A stretch of 64,000 bases of DNA from Chthoniobacteraceae bacterium (GCA_040081625.1 JBEBGD010000014.1:1-64000), one strand, 5' to 3'. Shown: positions 62,101-64,000, counted from the stretch's first letter. Numbers and translations: made by a program. The notes: generated from the letters alone by a model not told the origin.

Positions 62101-64000
62101 GAACGTGATCGACTGGCCGAAGATCGACGCGCCATTGACGCGCAGCGTCTGCAACTGGAAGCCCTCGGCCTGGCTGATCGTGAAGATCGCCGAACCGGAG
62201 ATCGAAAACGCCTGCTGGCCATCGATGTTGATCAGCAGCGTCGCGGGCTGCGTCTCGCTCGTGCCGGTGACCCCGACCTGCAGCGTGCCGTTCGGCTTCT
62301 TCGCGAAGGTGATGCGCCCGATCAGCGAGAAGACGTCGCCGACCTTGAAGGTGAGGTCGCCGCGGAAGTCCACCACGTCGCTGGTCGTCGTGAACTTATC
62401 CAACGTGATCGGCGTTTCGCCAGGCACCGAGATGGTCGTCGTGATCGGGATCGCCACGCCGGAGTTGTTGAAGTCGATGGTCGCCACCCCGATGACCTCG
62501 AGGCCCTCGACACCGACGACCTTCACCGTGCCCTCGGCGTGCAGCGCGTAGCGCGTCGTGCCGCCGATGGAGAACCGGATGAGCCCCAGCCGCGCATTCG
62601 TGAGCAGCACGCCCACCGCATCCGGGTTCACCATGCCGTCGTCGAGGAGATACGGTCCCTTGCCGAGGAAGATCTCGAGACCCGCCGCGCCCACGGCGCC
62701 GGTCGCACCGGTGAGGCCGGCCGGCGGGCTGCCAAAGCTCAGGCTGCCCTCGATGCTCACGAAGTCGCCGAGCGTGATCTTCAGGTCTTCGAGCAGGAGC
62801 TGGAAGAACGCGCGGCCCGAGGTCTTCACCTCCTGCGCGGTGAACTTGATCGCGATGGTGCGGCCGTTGATCTCGATCATCTCGTCGATCGGCATCGTCG
62901 AGGTGTTGAACCGCACGCCGGCGGTCACGCCGACCTCGACCCCCGGGAAGGTCGCATCCACGCGTCCAGTCACCTGCCCCGCGACGCCGCCGGGCGTGAT
63001 CACGAGCACCGCGCCGGCATCGCGGAGCTTCAGCGTGCCGTCGTCCGCGAGACCATCGACATTCACGTCCAGCGCAGCGAACCGCGTCACCTTCGTGCCG
63101 TTCGGCCGCGTGCTCTGGTCGATGTAGAATGAACCCGACAGGGTGATCCCGGCGAACGCCGCCGTCGCCTCGGTGAACGCCACGCGCACATACGGCCCTG
63201 CCGGCACATTGATGCGGGTCGTCACGCCATTGAGCATGAACGTCTGATTCACGTCCGCGCGCAGCGTATTCAGCGCAAAGCCGACCGTGCCCGAGAGCGT
63301 GAAGTTCGGGATCGTCACCGTGGCCTTCACCGAGAGCTGCGCCGCGAGCCCGCCCGGAAGCAGCACCAGCGCGCCATTGCCTTCGGTCAGCGAAACGAGC
63401 GGCGTGCCGTCATCGCCATTGAAGACGAGCGAGACATTCGTCGCGACGATCCGCACGACCTGCTGCGCCGCCGGTGTGGTGATGCGCTCGAAGGCGAAGT
63501 TGCCGCTCAGCGTCGTGCCCATCACCGTCAGCATCACGTCCGTCGCCTCGACGCGGAGGTAAGGCCCGGCGGGGAGCGCGAGCGTATTCAAGCCGGCGCC
63601 GGTGAGCACATCCGGCTGGGTCGTCTGGCCGGTGGCGACGCCGCTGAGGCCGAGGATGCCCACCGCACCGAGCCCGTTCAGGCCGGCAACGGTGAGGCGC
63701 TTGCCGGCGCTGATCGTCGAGCTGTCGGTGATGCGGATCTTGTCGCCGACGAGCGTCGCCACGACCTTGCTGGTGCCGGTGTTCGCCGCGTTGTTGTTGA
63801 TGCGGTCGAGGATGCCCTGGATCGTCGTCACCCCGGCGAGGTTCACGTTCCACGTCACACCGTCGCGGCGGGTGATCTTGAGGTGCGCGTCGTTTTGCTG
63901 TGTCGCGGCGAAGCCCGTCGTCGCCGCCTGGCCCGAGGCGGTGAGCGCGAGCGAGGTGATCGTCGGGTCGATCACGCGCAGGCGCAGGTTCGTGCCGGCG
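23101..64000 (-). CDS. Giant (>13,600 aa, 5'-truncated by the window) RTX/hemolysin-type Ca-binding surface protein with PKD-like, Calx-beta-like, PPC-like and Ig-like repeats
   Basis: Single frame open from the window edge (AGTNLRLRVIDPT...) to TAG at 23101; very many GGxGxD nonapeptides; strong GC3 bias. Confidence 0.95.
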   Translation of the reverse strand, partial: AGTNLRLRVIDPTITSLALTASGQAATTGFAATQQNDAHLKITRRDGVTWNVNLAGVTTIQGILDRINNNAANTGTSKVVATLVGDKIRITDSSTISAGKRLTVAGLNGLGAVGILGLSGVATGQTTQPDVLTGAGLNTLALPAGPYLRVEATDVMLTVMGTTLSGNFAFERITTPAAQQVVRIVATNVSLVFNGDDGTPLVSLTEGNGALVLLPGGLAAQLSVKATVTIPNFTLSGTVGFALNTLRADVNQTFMLNGVTTRINVPAGPYVRVAFTEATAAFAGITLSGSFYIDQSTRPNGTKVTRFAALDVNVDGLADDGTLKLRDAGAVLVITPGGVAGQVTGRVDATFPGVEVGVTAGVRFNTSTMPIDEMIEINGRTIAIKFTAQEVKTSGRAFFQLLLEDLKITLGDFVSIEGSLSFGSPPAGLTGATGAVGAAGLEIFLGKGPYLLDDGMVNPDAVGVLLTNARLGLIRFSIGGTTRYALHAEGTVKVVGVEGLEVIGVATIDFNNSGVAIPITTTISVPGETPITLDKFTTTSDVVDFRGDLTFKVGDVFSLIGRITFAKKPNGTLQVGVTGTSETQPATLLINIDGQQAFSISGSAIFTISQAEGFQLQTLRVNGASIFGQSITFPGVPASIQPLTADLFNPVAGSLADRAALNRRGYIDVQFNDPNRKGFIASSIEDTAPEFVLRVNGMLPPGVVINGVPKRVGTTNVWRYNFTGVIPEGTVTVEFLAESWLDNSRITNVAETQSFTAGTRFVDLADINAKGYIDVILQTPTGAAINANTVDGNEFTVSVDGGASGITLSTAPTRPDAVANPDLWRYTFTGTLNPGAVTLTFTANGFADVNGVAALARTETFVAVSKVVPTTAINTTAKTIDVTFFRVGSSPITDASITDGLAEIALRVNGAPIPGVTVSADPISTVVAGKTYRYSYTGTIPAGANVEIAYLPFAFSYLDGTKAPGSVAGASAQLVNPVGSVSLTGINARQWIDVTFTSQDGSPIDTSTIDGNEFKLSGTGVADIKVDANGFPELVGPPLLISGTTYRYYLKDSNPNNAIGLFAGSTSGAPTEVLVNFVAPNPSIPVEAFWGVRTKDGAVNSPKQERFTLAAPVPGERPEGAPIKIGPLTLQGPAIGIDKLGFKDGKVVITIGIGVDRASLAFGGAAPVAPSGQPAPPPPSSGTSSQQSSSGITADLLGVHGAFDVAVDVFGLLGGKVDINVPGKFSFAVNSLNVTVPNVLTIAAQGIRIAYDPMGARTQEILRVYQADVTIIPLNIIAKLRPFDTSTQQNRAPTNAEMSTDPTPLGKTPVRGPPTIIPGLVVRQNGFTIGQAILQFGGVPVTTGTIPTQATPITSTGQPAPATTKIRFGSVLEFDDIRVGVTNLSVNFDAENPVVFNGSIFIASGGAKLMIGGSFSVVVTDRLTAEPGKDLPGSPDTEALRATLTFSNGKINAFKFDIDTLRVTIGSVVTLTAGDVRLDTGAVGKEELLRVGAAGAEVNIGGLVLSGEGRNFAILGDGSFKSLPGFGIAIGIGAATGDTFKWPKWLPVRITEIGITWPNGIEQEPGNFVLTLSAAVTGIHGLKGLNFSGFVEGIKIDVQKLINGEFPIIGIDSLGVSVGGPFFGIGKINASLIGGILRLDSTGNILSSLAPEAQVAKRIFFLGLEGGFDVPPGLGFEIRLALTELGPLGVQLTIRTPITIPPAGFAIKSFSGGVEFFSTLPSIEKATDLRGPAFSLSAGGIPADQWLDQIRMQVVRQNRRIEMDPNTSGFLAAFTEPMVISGSGTFGHRALPEVVFNGIVGFKISTDGKIFIGGDIFLAGGAAHFTAKLYLDLSNVAKGSVTVLFYAVTPIPGPVGAFFDQIISGKLKLSFQDVTGETVNIGFSDELTPGGAVGLPVAPTGVLLDPGSSTIDIGAINNRPLVTLTPLGGTAQSGPYIDVSFKLAPGQKLDYGSIFDAGEELQVFANGQLYHTGGVPVPLKTSIADDGSTVVTPITGADQAAIEAEILNQNVSRFRYFLESPFTTFNTGTVEVRFLGYHGTTGEGFKNADADEGNGTTSPGLGSDPTVSVFTVLGASAIVLNPGAGSFIDLNTLNSRNFVDVAFPNTANAASIMDAAPEFAFSGPGIGTVRLNSNDPPMQVGTGVGTVIYRYWLTGRFATSGAVTINYLDGSWTEGVSASPGTSPPVEITSPVNRSFIDITFSPSSMHSLDEGSITDASAEFDLTGLGATTNNVVVDGSIAPLRMTPAGMFGERGAVTYRYFINGMFGVGEVGVHFLAANGSGQGWTESDANPYGSVEYTLNFTVAGSVAALNSPMTGSVIGSDRINASGYIEVTFRAPLGSKIDPNTIDGDEITLKDAAGKGIALTSPERVLLENGEGTNSWRYRFSGKLADGNYTVEVLPNSFADEIMVGNLAQTETFTVQSGRASLASHAPGDTFDRETLNDQNYIDITFTPVGSSQVDASTINGDEFTLKGAGGENVVLGTPARIEGTNTWRYPLAGSFNIGALQVIFKASGWADTGGTTGAASTQTLQIISQAKAFKLEISGSYGLKLPFIEDPVVEIRGEIKLTIDGERKVIMLDFNAELRVFVVGTLGAVAGRFVIDLGDAPAVWGVATAELRNFKQLDDIGLRLTASGTFQLNTSNAPKTETISLPGIGPNGGPLVKTYVLAKQSFALEAIGFLALQPKGFANPLFTARGLFYMQLNPERMTIFADAELSFGIGSNQITYGKVTGLFQAVFQPTQPGEIIGVAGYLRVDSSAGIGLPDIGDIFSVSGSVSLMFNTTLADQSFKVPDAFLPFLSAGDPTTIAVFASAPGLDGMPVAGANPSIYFVATIEAQLTIAHVITLNGFLQISVDIDPMGQGILKVTGAVGGSIPVLGAVSGTLNLNVYAGVDTGIVGRIYIILIANGIPGVRFDGEFLLELNSFSTPRMVETFQIEPATGRFVRDANNRLVPGTVELAAGPGFLLKMRGSLNIADTITLEGKFEFRVDLTELSVTVEATARIGPLGQVNIAGGLRINSEGLVAGLTLSLDASFGGSVGLQFSVGATFQINTTSRTQTLGTMTIERGLLIDISGSVTFLGFARGDGRIQIFIGPEGIRIRFDVSFYLGGLSFEAHGLAAVYSSGLVLDIGVSVNADVAVFSITAAGRFQLNTTGAARDGVPVGFYLGLSGNVKILEILKFDASFSIRVSSFNSWRFDFAAGVNLFGFGGLTVAGWLDSSGSFSVRVEGRLKIGNNFFGIEGGVVFEITSVVTKDTFGNDYFLFDLHLGGYVRAYIFGFPLGVSLDARFHAEGQGTIPIKLSLAVSIDFFFFSITFRHTFTIGYLELPKPVFLAGSPGAGNERKWNGGQLQLNTGSRNLQRGIGVGAQSESYTIEHIGGTPGDETIKVTTAGRSNVFEHVSSIVGDGTEGDDDFVFGPGITSPITLNALGGNDNIIYAGDALATINAGEGSDIIQVTGNATEVTVNGGGGEDYIFNLGTGRLIATGGSGNDQIYGGSKADDLRGDEGNDLIVGNGGADLIQGGTGDDIFRLGITSAGSEITANESTDNDRLEFTASAGADRITVSRSAASQFSVSTGLPASFKATGVENLNIDAGTGGDSIEINSLVGAGVNRVTVDYGRQATQQGTKIRTLSDNGTPSNTGDDTTIEEPNFTFSDDRALDTLLIHGDDGVNDTFTLTGDDTGIDVVRQGHYTVTAVNSVRGEGDGLVIDARSGTDRITASGVEVDKAALTLIGGEGNDDLTGSAFNDTLNSGAGDDRVSGGNGRDIFIDSGGDDTLVEKQDSDFGLFGNYLVIGKVVGDGRITVISKTHYTANEVQFISVTPGSAPFKLTFNSVLTADINPATATAATVESALEALPEINDVTVTGNGTPESPWKVQFLSISNTIQGIPVLEGPEESVSIAPKTIRTMDVVQQVTHNATGGTFTLTFRGQTTAPIAWNAPATGAGSVLAALQGIGVTNVAVTGSAGNWVVTFAPTGDNFIMPQFTADSSRMVGGGVFFKANNLDEQAEETRLKDAEDPEYLALGAPVSFSLRDGGDTWRGDSIIESTLNPGNNARIFEHAELTGGDTNNVMVLNDVDGFVRVGSTTYTVTPFTGTVTLDNRGSGLGPEGGLNEYYIINFTGSNSTRLTIDDSGGTSGRDELVANGTNGPDQITLDAFGVGASRVGTVIVGDRTKAASDILSFRGIDIVKVNGLAGADAFLSNDTVVYTVIDMGSGDDDIAIATVPLKPDTGNRTLEFPDGVPVVDTDNLTNGNSAPLTILGGDQNDRFEVNHNRAKLYLDGGNGNDRFLLKTFLVLRENAEDENEITNLTTLFGGGGENRYDYLQNAPVKINGGAGIDTIVIVGTPIGDNFIVTDTYIAGAGRIVNFTNIEAIEIDGGGGADNIYVLATSPLFETTLVGGSGDDTIHIGGQPPTLVFDPPSFEYQPPAFRIQLPPEVVYAPRADNLGGFTFRVSLLGAVFSGETIQSLTASYMASFINVLKASARLANSFVRFDASDSNVLSYNPANLQSRLVFGAFFIFDAKLEITVPDLQFNYEVGALVPREQVVQPAKVTVDPPPFAFKATGIFDVSRIRGRLVVVGGDQFETAGDRLVVHNQQGLSAAGQIRIRSGIPRMIQVGEESDGTPVYAQDRDETGRLLFDEFQSVEGIGLATGLGANGLPFFGVDAQGFETLELRLANGDDTYTVVRTYTATAERPGQNVVIDGGGGNDTINLGQIGGLALIYGGAGDDTVNVRDSLTQKVWTSATSGTFTLSYAGQTTAPIAFDAPAADVKAAIAALSNVADVGGIEVTGAGTLADPWVVNFLNFTSAVMGTPILTSASAAVTIKAGSLLGIAGRVFFDGDAHINESVVNVATSNPDFSELLRNAPLVYVDTRPHQSVSTTLTTGTFTLTYAGLTTGALAFNATAAQVRAALAGLSVSAAPVVDVSGAGTAGSPWIVTFASTSSTAAIPVITSGTAGVTVQAEQYAAATLSPIVFDQGGKFAAFVVILDKRGNIIEDQVQLVNAGGQRLYYDAMGAQTTTVTANPVLLPVPRVTSTLVTRVVDLIESTPGTDTINIDNATNNAGDRVLLDTFLRAVDRVIGQSTQTHGSDKFLADPNDVASRTFTLRAGTTLNDIHLQVVIAGVTRGLFPSDFIYSPGSNTVTINVAALLDTNNNPAPGVVEISYINYYLIADGQYYYGGEPVIDPFTGATLRFAGGELVLDVYTRQPVVNAAGVTLTHAAGDVVTHFYGERVVRGAGELVRYLGGEPTFDELGQPVTNPGNRESYKNFTLGGNVTVDLSTDITMREAIAVSVVLTNGSRVSLTSAEFSVNLATNQVTIFTAFGANVRLDIDVVNPFLHRAGQVAIHNRGERVTEVLNDVFKLGGLTANVTLPIGTTGLAVRDIVSIVVSNAVATYNLARDEIVSVGAGGLVLNVRPEHQSTSPVTVKVTFSKVFDWTGAGVFDLGGFRALQAGDQVIATIYDGSNIYNVTPLVSGNTATVTPASAPGAGATVRFSVVVQAIHRAGDGIFYDGSELVQLGQPIVSKDEGEWIFALDDNGNVRTYVADTLAAEAPQGSAVTLGGSGDTRTISFSGTIVAGQTWSVTLNGSKIEIKVSDGQTLGDLAAAFAAQLDAVKGYDATTSGATVTLTKRPIFHARGEPVYVKIAGVFVQDTYLGGEAAFYLGNEPFTTVGGEPASYFATDKVQVIEVQQRVDGTLVPVAAEFNFVRVENQIVSSGNGANHYTQTPGLRPITVPVTVPLDAVVPRTLLVGAATFTGSTTISTGAAIDTFDIRRIQGPTTINAGAGNDIINVGTQAGLNNNQLGTLNEITALLTIDAGAGTNDIVNLDDDRDAFGYDGDTLGDTGALTHDYLRPALSSTNTVGFFGAGGLLHYLGTETLNFYLGLGSDVLLVGSHADALLPSLTSTMNGFPAQLNVFGHTNTASGDLLTVYAGTDVDNGGITGFDASVTSDSIDGLGMVQGINYVEFESLILSLSTGNDVVHVGSTHAGTTVIDLGDEVASLNTTNDVINIEGTTGLLTVRGGLGNDRIRVNYDANGRQTFLDGIGAVLTLEGGEDNDYYEIGLSGQGPALINVLDAENGDANDRLNVYGTLQPDFFLFRPSTILALETDVNRMPVRNGVVERVNYRGTFGGRIAVFGRDGDDTFVLDDTNAPLAIYGDAGNDTFQVGQLYKSPRDASNPYNGLLPDDYFPTTLTTKGYLSNGISQPAELHGGAGRDSFTVYRNLAELFLYGEEDDDSFKVRAFVKVDPKDPKRPFTNINGGQGADFIDYTVNAPVRIEGGDGFDTLTIVGTEFGDDFVVTSEGVFGAGLFITYSTIEKLTVDALEGNDTFFIVSTPPNVVLETVGGLGTDTFNVGGFPNHKPVIVVSKSLEGHSGVIDQSIFSLDGAYNAIFAQDLSVKVMDNEAAGVQIRLGNGPLRVFEQAPQGTGLVQNTYQIVLTRAPQESVRITVSPPRRESDERTGAKGVRINGSEVGVTLVFDRTNWFIPVPITITAPDDLVAEGRQLLAIQHTVIQGGSNEDGGAYDNLAVLSVVVEVIDNDSAGVLIAKTGFDTVVAEGANHVAPSLGANPESDRYSIVLTKRPTGDVTIKLGGDGEIQILDATTLAPLSEVTFTTMNWDTPREIIVWATEDSKKEGTHFSRITHTITSDLGAYFGLTSDDVVGGLIAAINRDVVNLVQATRVPGQNQAQLAGPAFTLSTGGRTSIVGTPTAAFTHISVNLAGTVANGATWVLRLDQVPFVYRALPGDTLNEVAIGLRAAIGTSQYLVTLSGTTLDITRKAGAAFGATLDYFAPLAPSPSAPGTAGTITSLATSMTHFVDATVELSNIAPGDAIADGDTWSVLMNGVTYRYVAGKNGEMRLFDVLDVRIADDDAPGLLITQGNNSTNVTEASDLVVLGEGFVTRIFTGAKYLALSVTGPNAPLGTYTITVKDGAGALIGSVTANVTGTTPYENLIAQLQQGIDALVGVSAARDFAVRGDVRTGVLSVKPDAAGTSVVLELTTLPPAVTAKFVSQFTGDFGVSILREVGVHDSIYTSQNLDLARWSANSNPDIASYDDAGTTRWYPHLSVLGTGDGSTDFYRFTITDAMLAASAGGVRANFDIDQGFEFGDTIVWGSLIKLYDQDGRLIAQGSGFSNPLDFAQSGLGSATYLDDFLTFNFTQKGTYYIEIDNWLGFGGLPVGVDYTLQVSIAQHPVAGFVFAPEPISEIEGHDTTFIDMTHTGPQDVNARDNFFTFFDPTVGNEAFGGSINSETPYVRIQGSGDGTADVYSFTVTQAMLSPLAHAPIADTPDARTYYTSVSLKLDGTVNVGDVWTLSGLRYRTYSHTVLSDTETLGSIAATLLGKLPARFFASTSAADGTLTIVDAAGFTFDALTQEIQRGGSVSRTVTPMTNAVTPVPVNFTSATVTLKNFDGTNATEIGDRWVLRAGGVNYTHTITSATETLDDVVAGWATSLTTAGFTATATVTGAAITFSRAALFALTVTVSGDNPLGYAEISGTPDQAQALTFINWTEAVFVINGPVRPGENWQLTLRSGASTFTTNYVAQGGNNEQNVANGLRTNLTTGSFTRNVLGTGTTSDPYRLVLSRATPFSSDFTLSASGGFTVATTPTSVLLQLKNSAYQGEVWRIFIGGTQVAERTIVAATESLTTVINDLIGDINNDTADNQLNAANAANYIAQLEENGRIVVTKVNAGAIGAVTVSVTPPGTITQTNFTNNAADGAVSVQFSGVPHEGEIWTVTLAGTAYPVTVAANETLAGVVDRLARAIDGATGYTARAVFNSPNWNIYIADVAAPIAEPAVSASISVATVTPPPTAQTTHTITLTRAPVIGDTWTLDISGVNAANDPSYTVQDAGAGVPDSLAFIAEQLATLAGAITDFDATFMGSSLTITNVNTPTPNTFTVTASVAISGAVATIAPVAAATSHIVALLRAPVIGEVWTLDISGVGAATDPTYTVQDAGGGVPDSLATIAQRLATLAGAITDYDATFMGPSLTITNVNTPTPNTFTVTASVAGSVTVTTPAVQDVAYLTFANTPHPGDSWTLTLAGTDLVVHVTTETTPDEIAASIAAQISRLTGYVGASEGAVVSVVKYSATDFTINASDLSITSGTDPPGVLTIFNPTVAIDLTGTPAAGDTWTVTIDGTAYSPAVTGTPTLQSVAENLALAIGGGVGLKAIAVVSPSNGTTWRIYVGSTVAGPALTVSATTTNVGGTIGAVSVPDTSLVTLSGNPGAGEVWAIDVAGVQNAVPIVAQTLSQVVNTLRMDILGITGYTASSQGIATGFAIIITKATGSFDLLPADASIATPAKFVPASGPGTAVDAVALTLTIPAGGAVNEGDTWTITLGGTDYSVLAGASETPTTMAQRLAAKVDTDSSAGFAAISRGAVVYLHRIGTTFGVNDPSLTVTLALVHGGVTISGSPSVRHGQDVTISTSPTIAPNDVWTLWIANASFQGTADTVPSTTEIAVDIATRLRNAGYTAPAPTTGVVHVENANGAPIEFGNQAVLTPHPAITHLRASPYTDRADIFDRFVQNDPLSARPHYLPSVTILLTEATIGSGFRAGELWRVDLDNQHYNFEVPNGVNPTESRTLTLIAGAMRALIAGGVSVETRVNGSVLTNEQQAVYTVSTNGTLTLSVRLDNSLNAAVYTTAAIPYNATPAQVKAALEAIALPGMQQLSVDVTGSGAVGDPWLITFTGPGRTNLPLLTGAVTDGAGNTRNPVYSVASGSGGFGITVTDRVSTAGNQDPFFFDVVRGGKLKVVLDIDRSNLVTGFDFYPFYLFGYTASTAIELIGPDGSTVLASDYYGAPGHRSVIDAGSETDRDGFLEFDINSASVTGDTYFVRVRSFIDYDETDLFGQVQNTVFYDGLLDGVIGGQSYDLIISIQGHDSNPNAVGLVGKTLTITEGTGRGQTATVIAYDAEKKTYSLDRVWTTDPDATSKFEISYHISEELPGAYQQAPTTDSYSVTLTSAPGHLVYVNVVPQLTRTYNSQFAFDPTQNNGRHDSVQVRVATIRALVELRGAVIPGEVWTLQLTEAETTAPDHATGKPQTFSYQAQAGDTLETIAASLTAQIDARSGYIATLNGRTITITSVGAPFFTQMMQTRGGALITRNATPAFSATIDIVGAGTTRVPTPEIWKLTLDGVDVNYHVNAGDTLADIAAGLNSVLASGRFAAYSVLLTGTQLTVARTDMAEFTVAFTVTGDRNGATVNGAGASGSYSALVSLTGHPTQGGSQPEVWKLFLDSIELRYIAQPGDTLANIATGLNAALAASSIAGIYTFTIVGSDISIVRAGGAKFEANVFVTPDYDGSTAVSPQVIFAPDVWTDFTGILSGAAAPGALVAADGSIYVDTTNAVHVTYLNANGTWVTVPVWNAPQEVFVEAVDDLVADGSDALVFAAPESRVNAIRGPLIINGGIGVAEDAFLNDPFRLPGETNFPLPDGRIISLPAAGPQDRFTDVYAIHTLPEYGERLGFDPRINLSLYNVTLLDNGANGSAIDLKSLSIGSGLGTNKNILSIGSNNGFATTFSASRPGLVTFTGIPTQSQVGSIDWRSVMVSLSGVVSRNEAWTVTLDGTAYTVRSVTLAPADITDAASLQQKLVAHTDAVSLYLWNRLSVGAQTLLTSVATPADVVLSTLVTELNAIITGATIYDQTRFQGVVLATDTQNLIAQNPTGEALFRLNRQLLGDAFRNEIAPEISTTLELVEKLRAVLPGGFYVDFFASVFGNRLIIGKPAATFRFSFATDANSSIIPTVRGTPLDPTGFSWTQAAWVFNGDFQPGDSFTIDFAGLSFTSTLPMTLPADPAAYITNDLLTQINNDPAGDDYQPGITGDTITLVQAVAAPFTISVSADLGLTIAPSRSTTDAPDVAERAEVSLTGTLTRTSYSITLGTSTYTYTVLPGDRASDVVRGLAALVPAAFLPTIGTDGVLTLKAVAIGDSYFYAPVNLNTRVNEADQVDILNILNGDSPSDDRGTLTEDRVTGLGMGGATVVGGREFDGGITYGSLEVVNIQLGSGADSFTIESTHRGLTFITSADGADTINVKTILGHTVIQTGNGADTINLMSNDLVIAQLSGMLVVDGGAGADTLNVHDNASIGVLYLDGTAPLSVNDPRELTVKAANGRYTLRTLGFGLPLTNLPGIARFNGYAEAALDFSMSAAQVGQALNALFGTLNSEVLVALRADLSDANTKVFEISLVGTNSTDLAWTVSVRNVAVPQSNTGTLTGTSITGLNLFTLSEVQRITVQAKSGSYVLRVPGFGTDNGFTTTATGLIRRAAYAEIVINYSATAAAVRDLLRLTYGSPDIMVSESRTPGDVTYLVTFTGGLAGVNFQQLAWLPSLFTPDDFTNVPALASALSATAGTPLSTALRALFSPSTRDLLDSGMATQMQLRDALLGEFNLLIDRLTPLYDPVTFAGVALRPETLALLATNPAGTALSQLQRMLLQDAFAGLIADTQLVANDDASAFVLVSTVRDGTTVPGVGVTNQQVLNIDATAGTFRIGFRLDADAIKAIQHGIDEQRDDFFVIARALVPTITGTTVWSAPIDFDADAADIRAALDPILNPANADLDLPHTHNFDVVRTPGAFVFTFQGAYAGLSIYPADLDDSALAGDVSLPPQSLTVNATGGTFRLGLRLGGGAPVFTQPIAYDASAAEVLAALNPLLNPANATTPLTAAPNTANVGVTKQGNVYVITFQGQFATLRIDPLDVDGALLDLGTQRGSATLGTQLEGIHYYAVETLNIDLSAGSDIFNIRGSAAGTVTNVRTHDGDDRIYVSSQADRRPDNVAGYDYLNGTLNDIRGTLNIDGGAGRQTLMVSDEAATAGDPSVVISDRLTNVAFAGLVELPNSEIRIAGLAPGIITYGANKADGNFANGITIWTGFGADLISIDGTLRRDGLRTISTLNTGLGNDDVTVTLTAGEDDFFVLNTQGAYHNTAASDDDVVDASSSTLPLIIFGGQGDDRITGGQAHDIIFGDRGQVIFLDGSTIVSVLGHAGPGDFTDGTIRPTSFAFTEYAAVGGADTIRGREGRDLIFGGAGGDTILGFDLDLSTSDVQADVLVGDDGVATFRNGVLVEVRTTDPAIGGNDTITSGLGANVILGGAANDTIHAGSDAAFDVVLGDNGRITYDATTGLLLRAETTDPAIGGGDMIDGGDSANVILGGAAGDTITTLNPTARNYILGDNGVATFDLAGAMIRFATTDPAIGGNDNITTGAASDLIAGGAANDTIHAGAGDDFVLGDNGVFDFPVAGVLSTMTSTDPTIGGSDMIFGEDGEDIIFAGTAGDMISGGNGHDVLLGDAGGYAVARPASQNFLSIFTGATDGGGNDTILGDDGDDFILGQQGDDRLFGGAGNDDITGGHNVFFGADGNDFGDGGTGEDVILGDNGLISREVLPGYPSAWRTYPAPFVTVVIRTIVRFDFIDFVAGNDTLLGGDGQDQIFGQLGADVIDGGAGDDEIIGGLGSDTSSGGAGNDVVLGDEGRIVRAFNADGTPRLNANGSWHRDIFLEDVGRIIAVIKMDEHPLRLDDPLLAAKLLGADLAVLGGTYLPGGAKQINSDSGAWNTELILIDLLAADNDTLNGGDGDDLLFGQRGSDTLNGNDGADIIFADGVFNSVPFGTNLPQVVSGVRLIGADAGVPYELAAGGTVIVPNMALQPLELNSTAPQITFVPNFAFGDLATADALRRADGSNTLPLISFVPDLVHHADALPGNDIIDGGAGADTIFADDVTVISPIFSGLAAIDAATESVRQGVFSVLSALHYLSLDFDLLEQLTGTATTPHDIRIGNDIVAGGSEDDYIFGDNAMLMAPFAAGSPVAAPDFTTAALRYHSFLRDLEYIAIDFQNLVLDAHIGVLHDLVGDALANNPNRDPKLRPKAIDPDYHHLFLGNDIIDGGSGNDVIIGDEGALIAPVLDGVIYAQPVNVFGITPQVLKDTQAALATQQKIRAPELAYHLATNVVNIVARRPDAADLKLVRSVFEYDLDSGNDTIRGGLGNDLLIGDQGVVVVPIVANPAMTLIQIRSEIGRNLNQLRLMLGGQSYRTTYALSPQALLHAGGAKGVTLRSGIDVIRGDAGNDVLFSRSAAMVVPFSAATPTQMVPLTYGFSHVSTDFAFLSTRTTLAAGRTLSKAKDSMVDTLGTNKLAAQTGNLPRKTTFLVRDMLFAALTPNLREFFVDVGATGGVFAHRGDVSVLPPDGTTVRVPTLNATITVEPRAPGSRTFDFAALLDGRALGSGIAAVWQVLDATGAVIASGTGADFTFNAKKAGDYRITLVVLDVTSGAFGLTNATIRVNTTAGTIHAGVNGPANTFIGQGAVFTALLDGAPAPTAFTAVWEVRDNASVVVDGGTGHQFVFVPGTAGQFTVKLTLNDPASAATEFVTTLLDVAATAPTLDVSFAGPVQGVRGTLLTFGGLLDAAAFGGDVHATWLVFDQKNAVVATGSGSQFLHLPVAPGQYTVQLQIVDPNGGAFGVANAVLSVVPPAATFSSGVSGPIAGVRGQALTFAALVDGGTLPADYTAAWQISDAMNVVIASGIGSTFTFVPAVIGNFSVRLVITDTATGAQGTSVSTLRIDQPAPGLTVGVTGPTLGATGELISFGGLLNGTAFAAAYTATWEVRDAMQVVVASGAGHEFAFAPGTAGAYGISFTLTDMVTGAVGHASLVLGITDAPPAGPLDQTLGLTGPTIAAVGQVLDYSALLGALSGYTATWRVLDSASMVIATSIGAAFAYMPTATGAFTVQLTLTDSTATVVGVADTTLIVGAATANLAAGIGGPIEGVVGQLRTFHALGAIPVGATAVWQVFDGGNMLIAAGSGAQFTFAAPANGQFAVHFTLTDGAASISTVTTLTVNGIAPALNVGFSGPTAAVRGQAVNFLALLEGATWPAGFVSAWSVLDGATVIASGSGANFSFTPAATGQFIVRFDLADPASGALGHATAALNVSPASTTLNVALTGPLTGVRGQPLTFDGLLNGAAITGVFTMSWNVTDESNAVVAQGTGAQFVFAPATAGHFAVRFTLADPANGAFGSTDLPLEVLALNVTAAAGAGPGIAGPTQGVRGQTLDFRALLDGSAIVGNYDATWLVLDAASSVVATGRGNLFRFTPDNDATYSVEFTLANRDTGAVLTATRALTVARLLELNDPANPGKTILIIGGSPGADKIDFAKSRTLDTLTLTIDETELGTEKFTQDFTFSLLSRIEVYGGRGDDKITISDKLDPIPTLIDGGAGRDILTGGKGNDTLLGGFGDDTLNGGDGGDVLDGGKGNDIVRGSLGNDSLLSTDGSDQLVGDAGDDTFNVAPIIRGTKVTVDGGAGNDTMNVPSSAAGTLVTIKANVGFNVVNIGSSAGVLPGASGIIDGVQGRVDVAGGKNDVLNVDDSASTGGKTITLSATQLSGFGSGAIGYRGVGVFNIALGSGADVVALAGSGAGTIARLLLGAGANTVNAGGALHSLNAIKGAITLTGSATDTLNIDDSADKGANSGELGLNDIRGLGMGRAGIGFFGFNALHIRLGSGADRFIVGNTADFTATLDTGAGNDTVYIKNTVLALDVNTGLGTDKVVLGNSGPFPGSVVNTLRGPVTLDAGTNLKDKDLLLVDDSGYTLGNTGALTLTALTGLGLGASVTYTGFEAVQVKLGAGDDNFTLAPGTELYAKVNFGKGD
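24680..27450 (-). repeat. Ten tandem PKD-like domains in the giant protein
   Basis: Unit GP..GVRGQ.L.F.ALLDG....W.V.D....IASG.G..F.F.P...G.F.V.L.LTD. Confidence 0.8.
39964..40530 (-). repeat. Recent 315-bp-period tandem duplication inside the giant gene
   Basis: Near-identical DNA starting CGCCACGCTCGCAGTGACCGTGAAGG at 39964 and 40279. Confidence 0.9.

Noticed and set aside
22717..63562. Long plus-strand ORFs (e.g. 22717..25971, 27892..31014, 35215..38133, 44461..47829, 48316..53541)
   Set aside because: Antisense shadows of the GC3-biased giant gene; Arg/Val/Ala-rich with no recognisable motifs.
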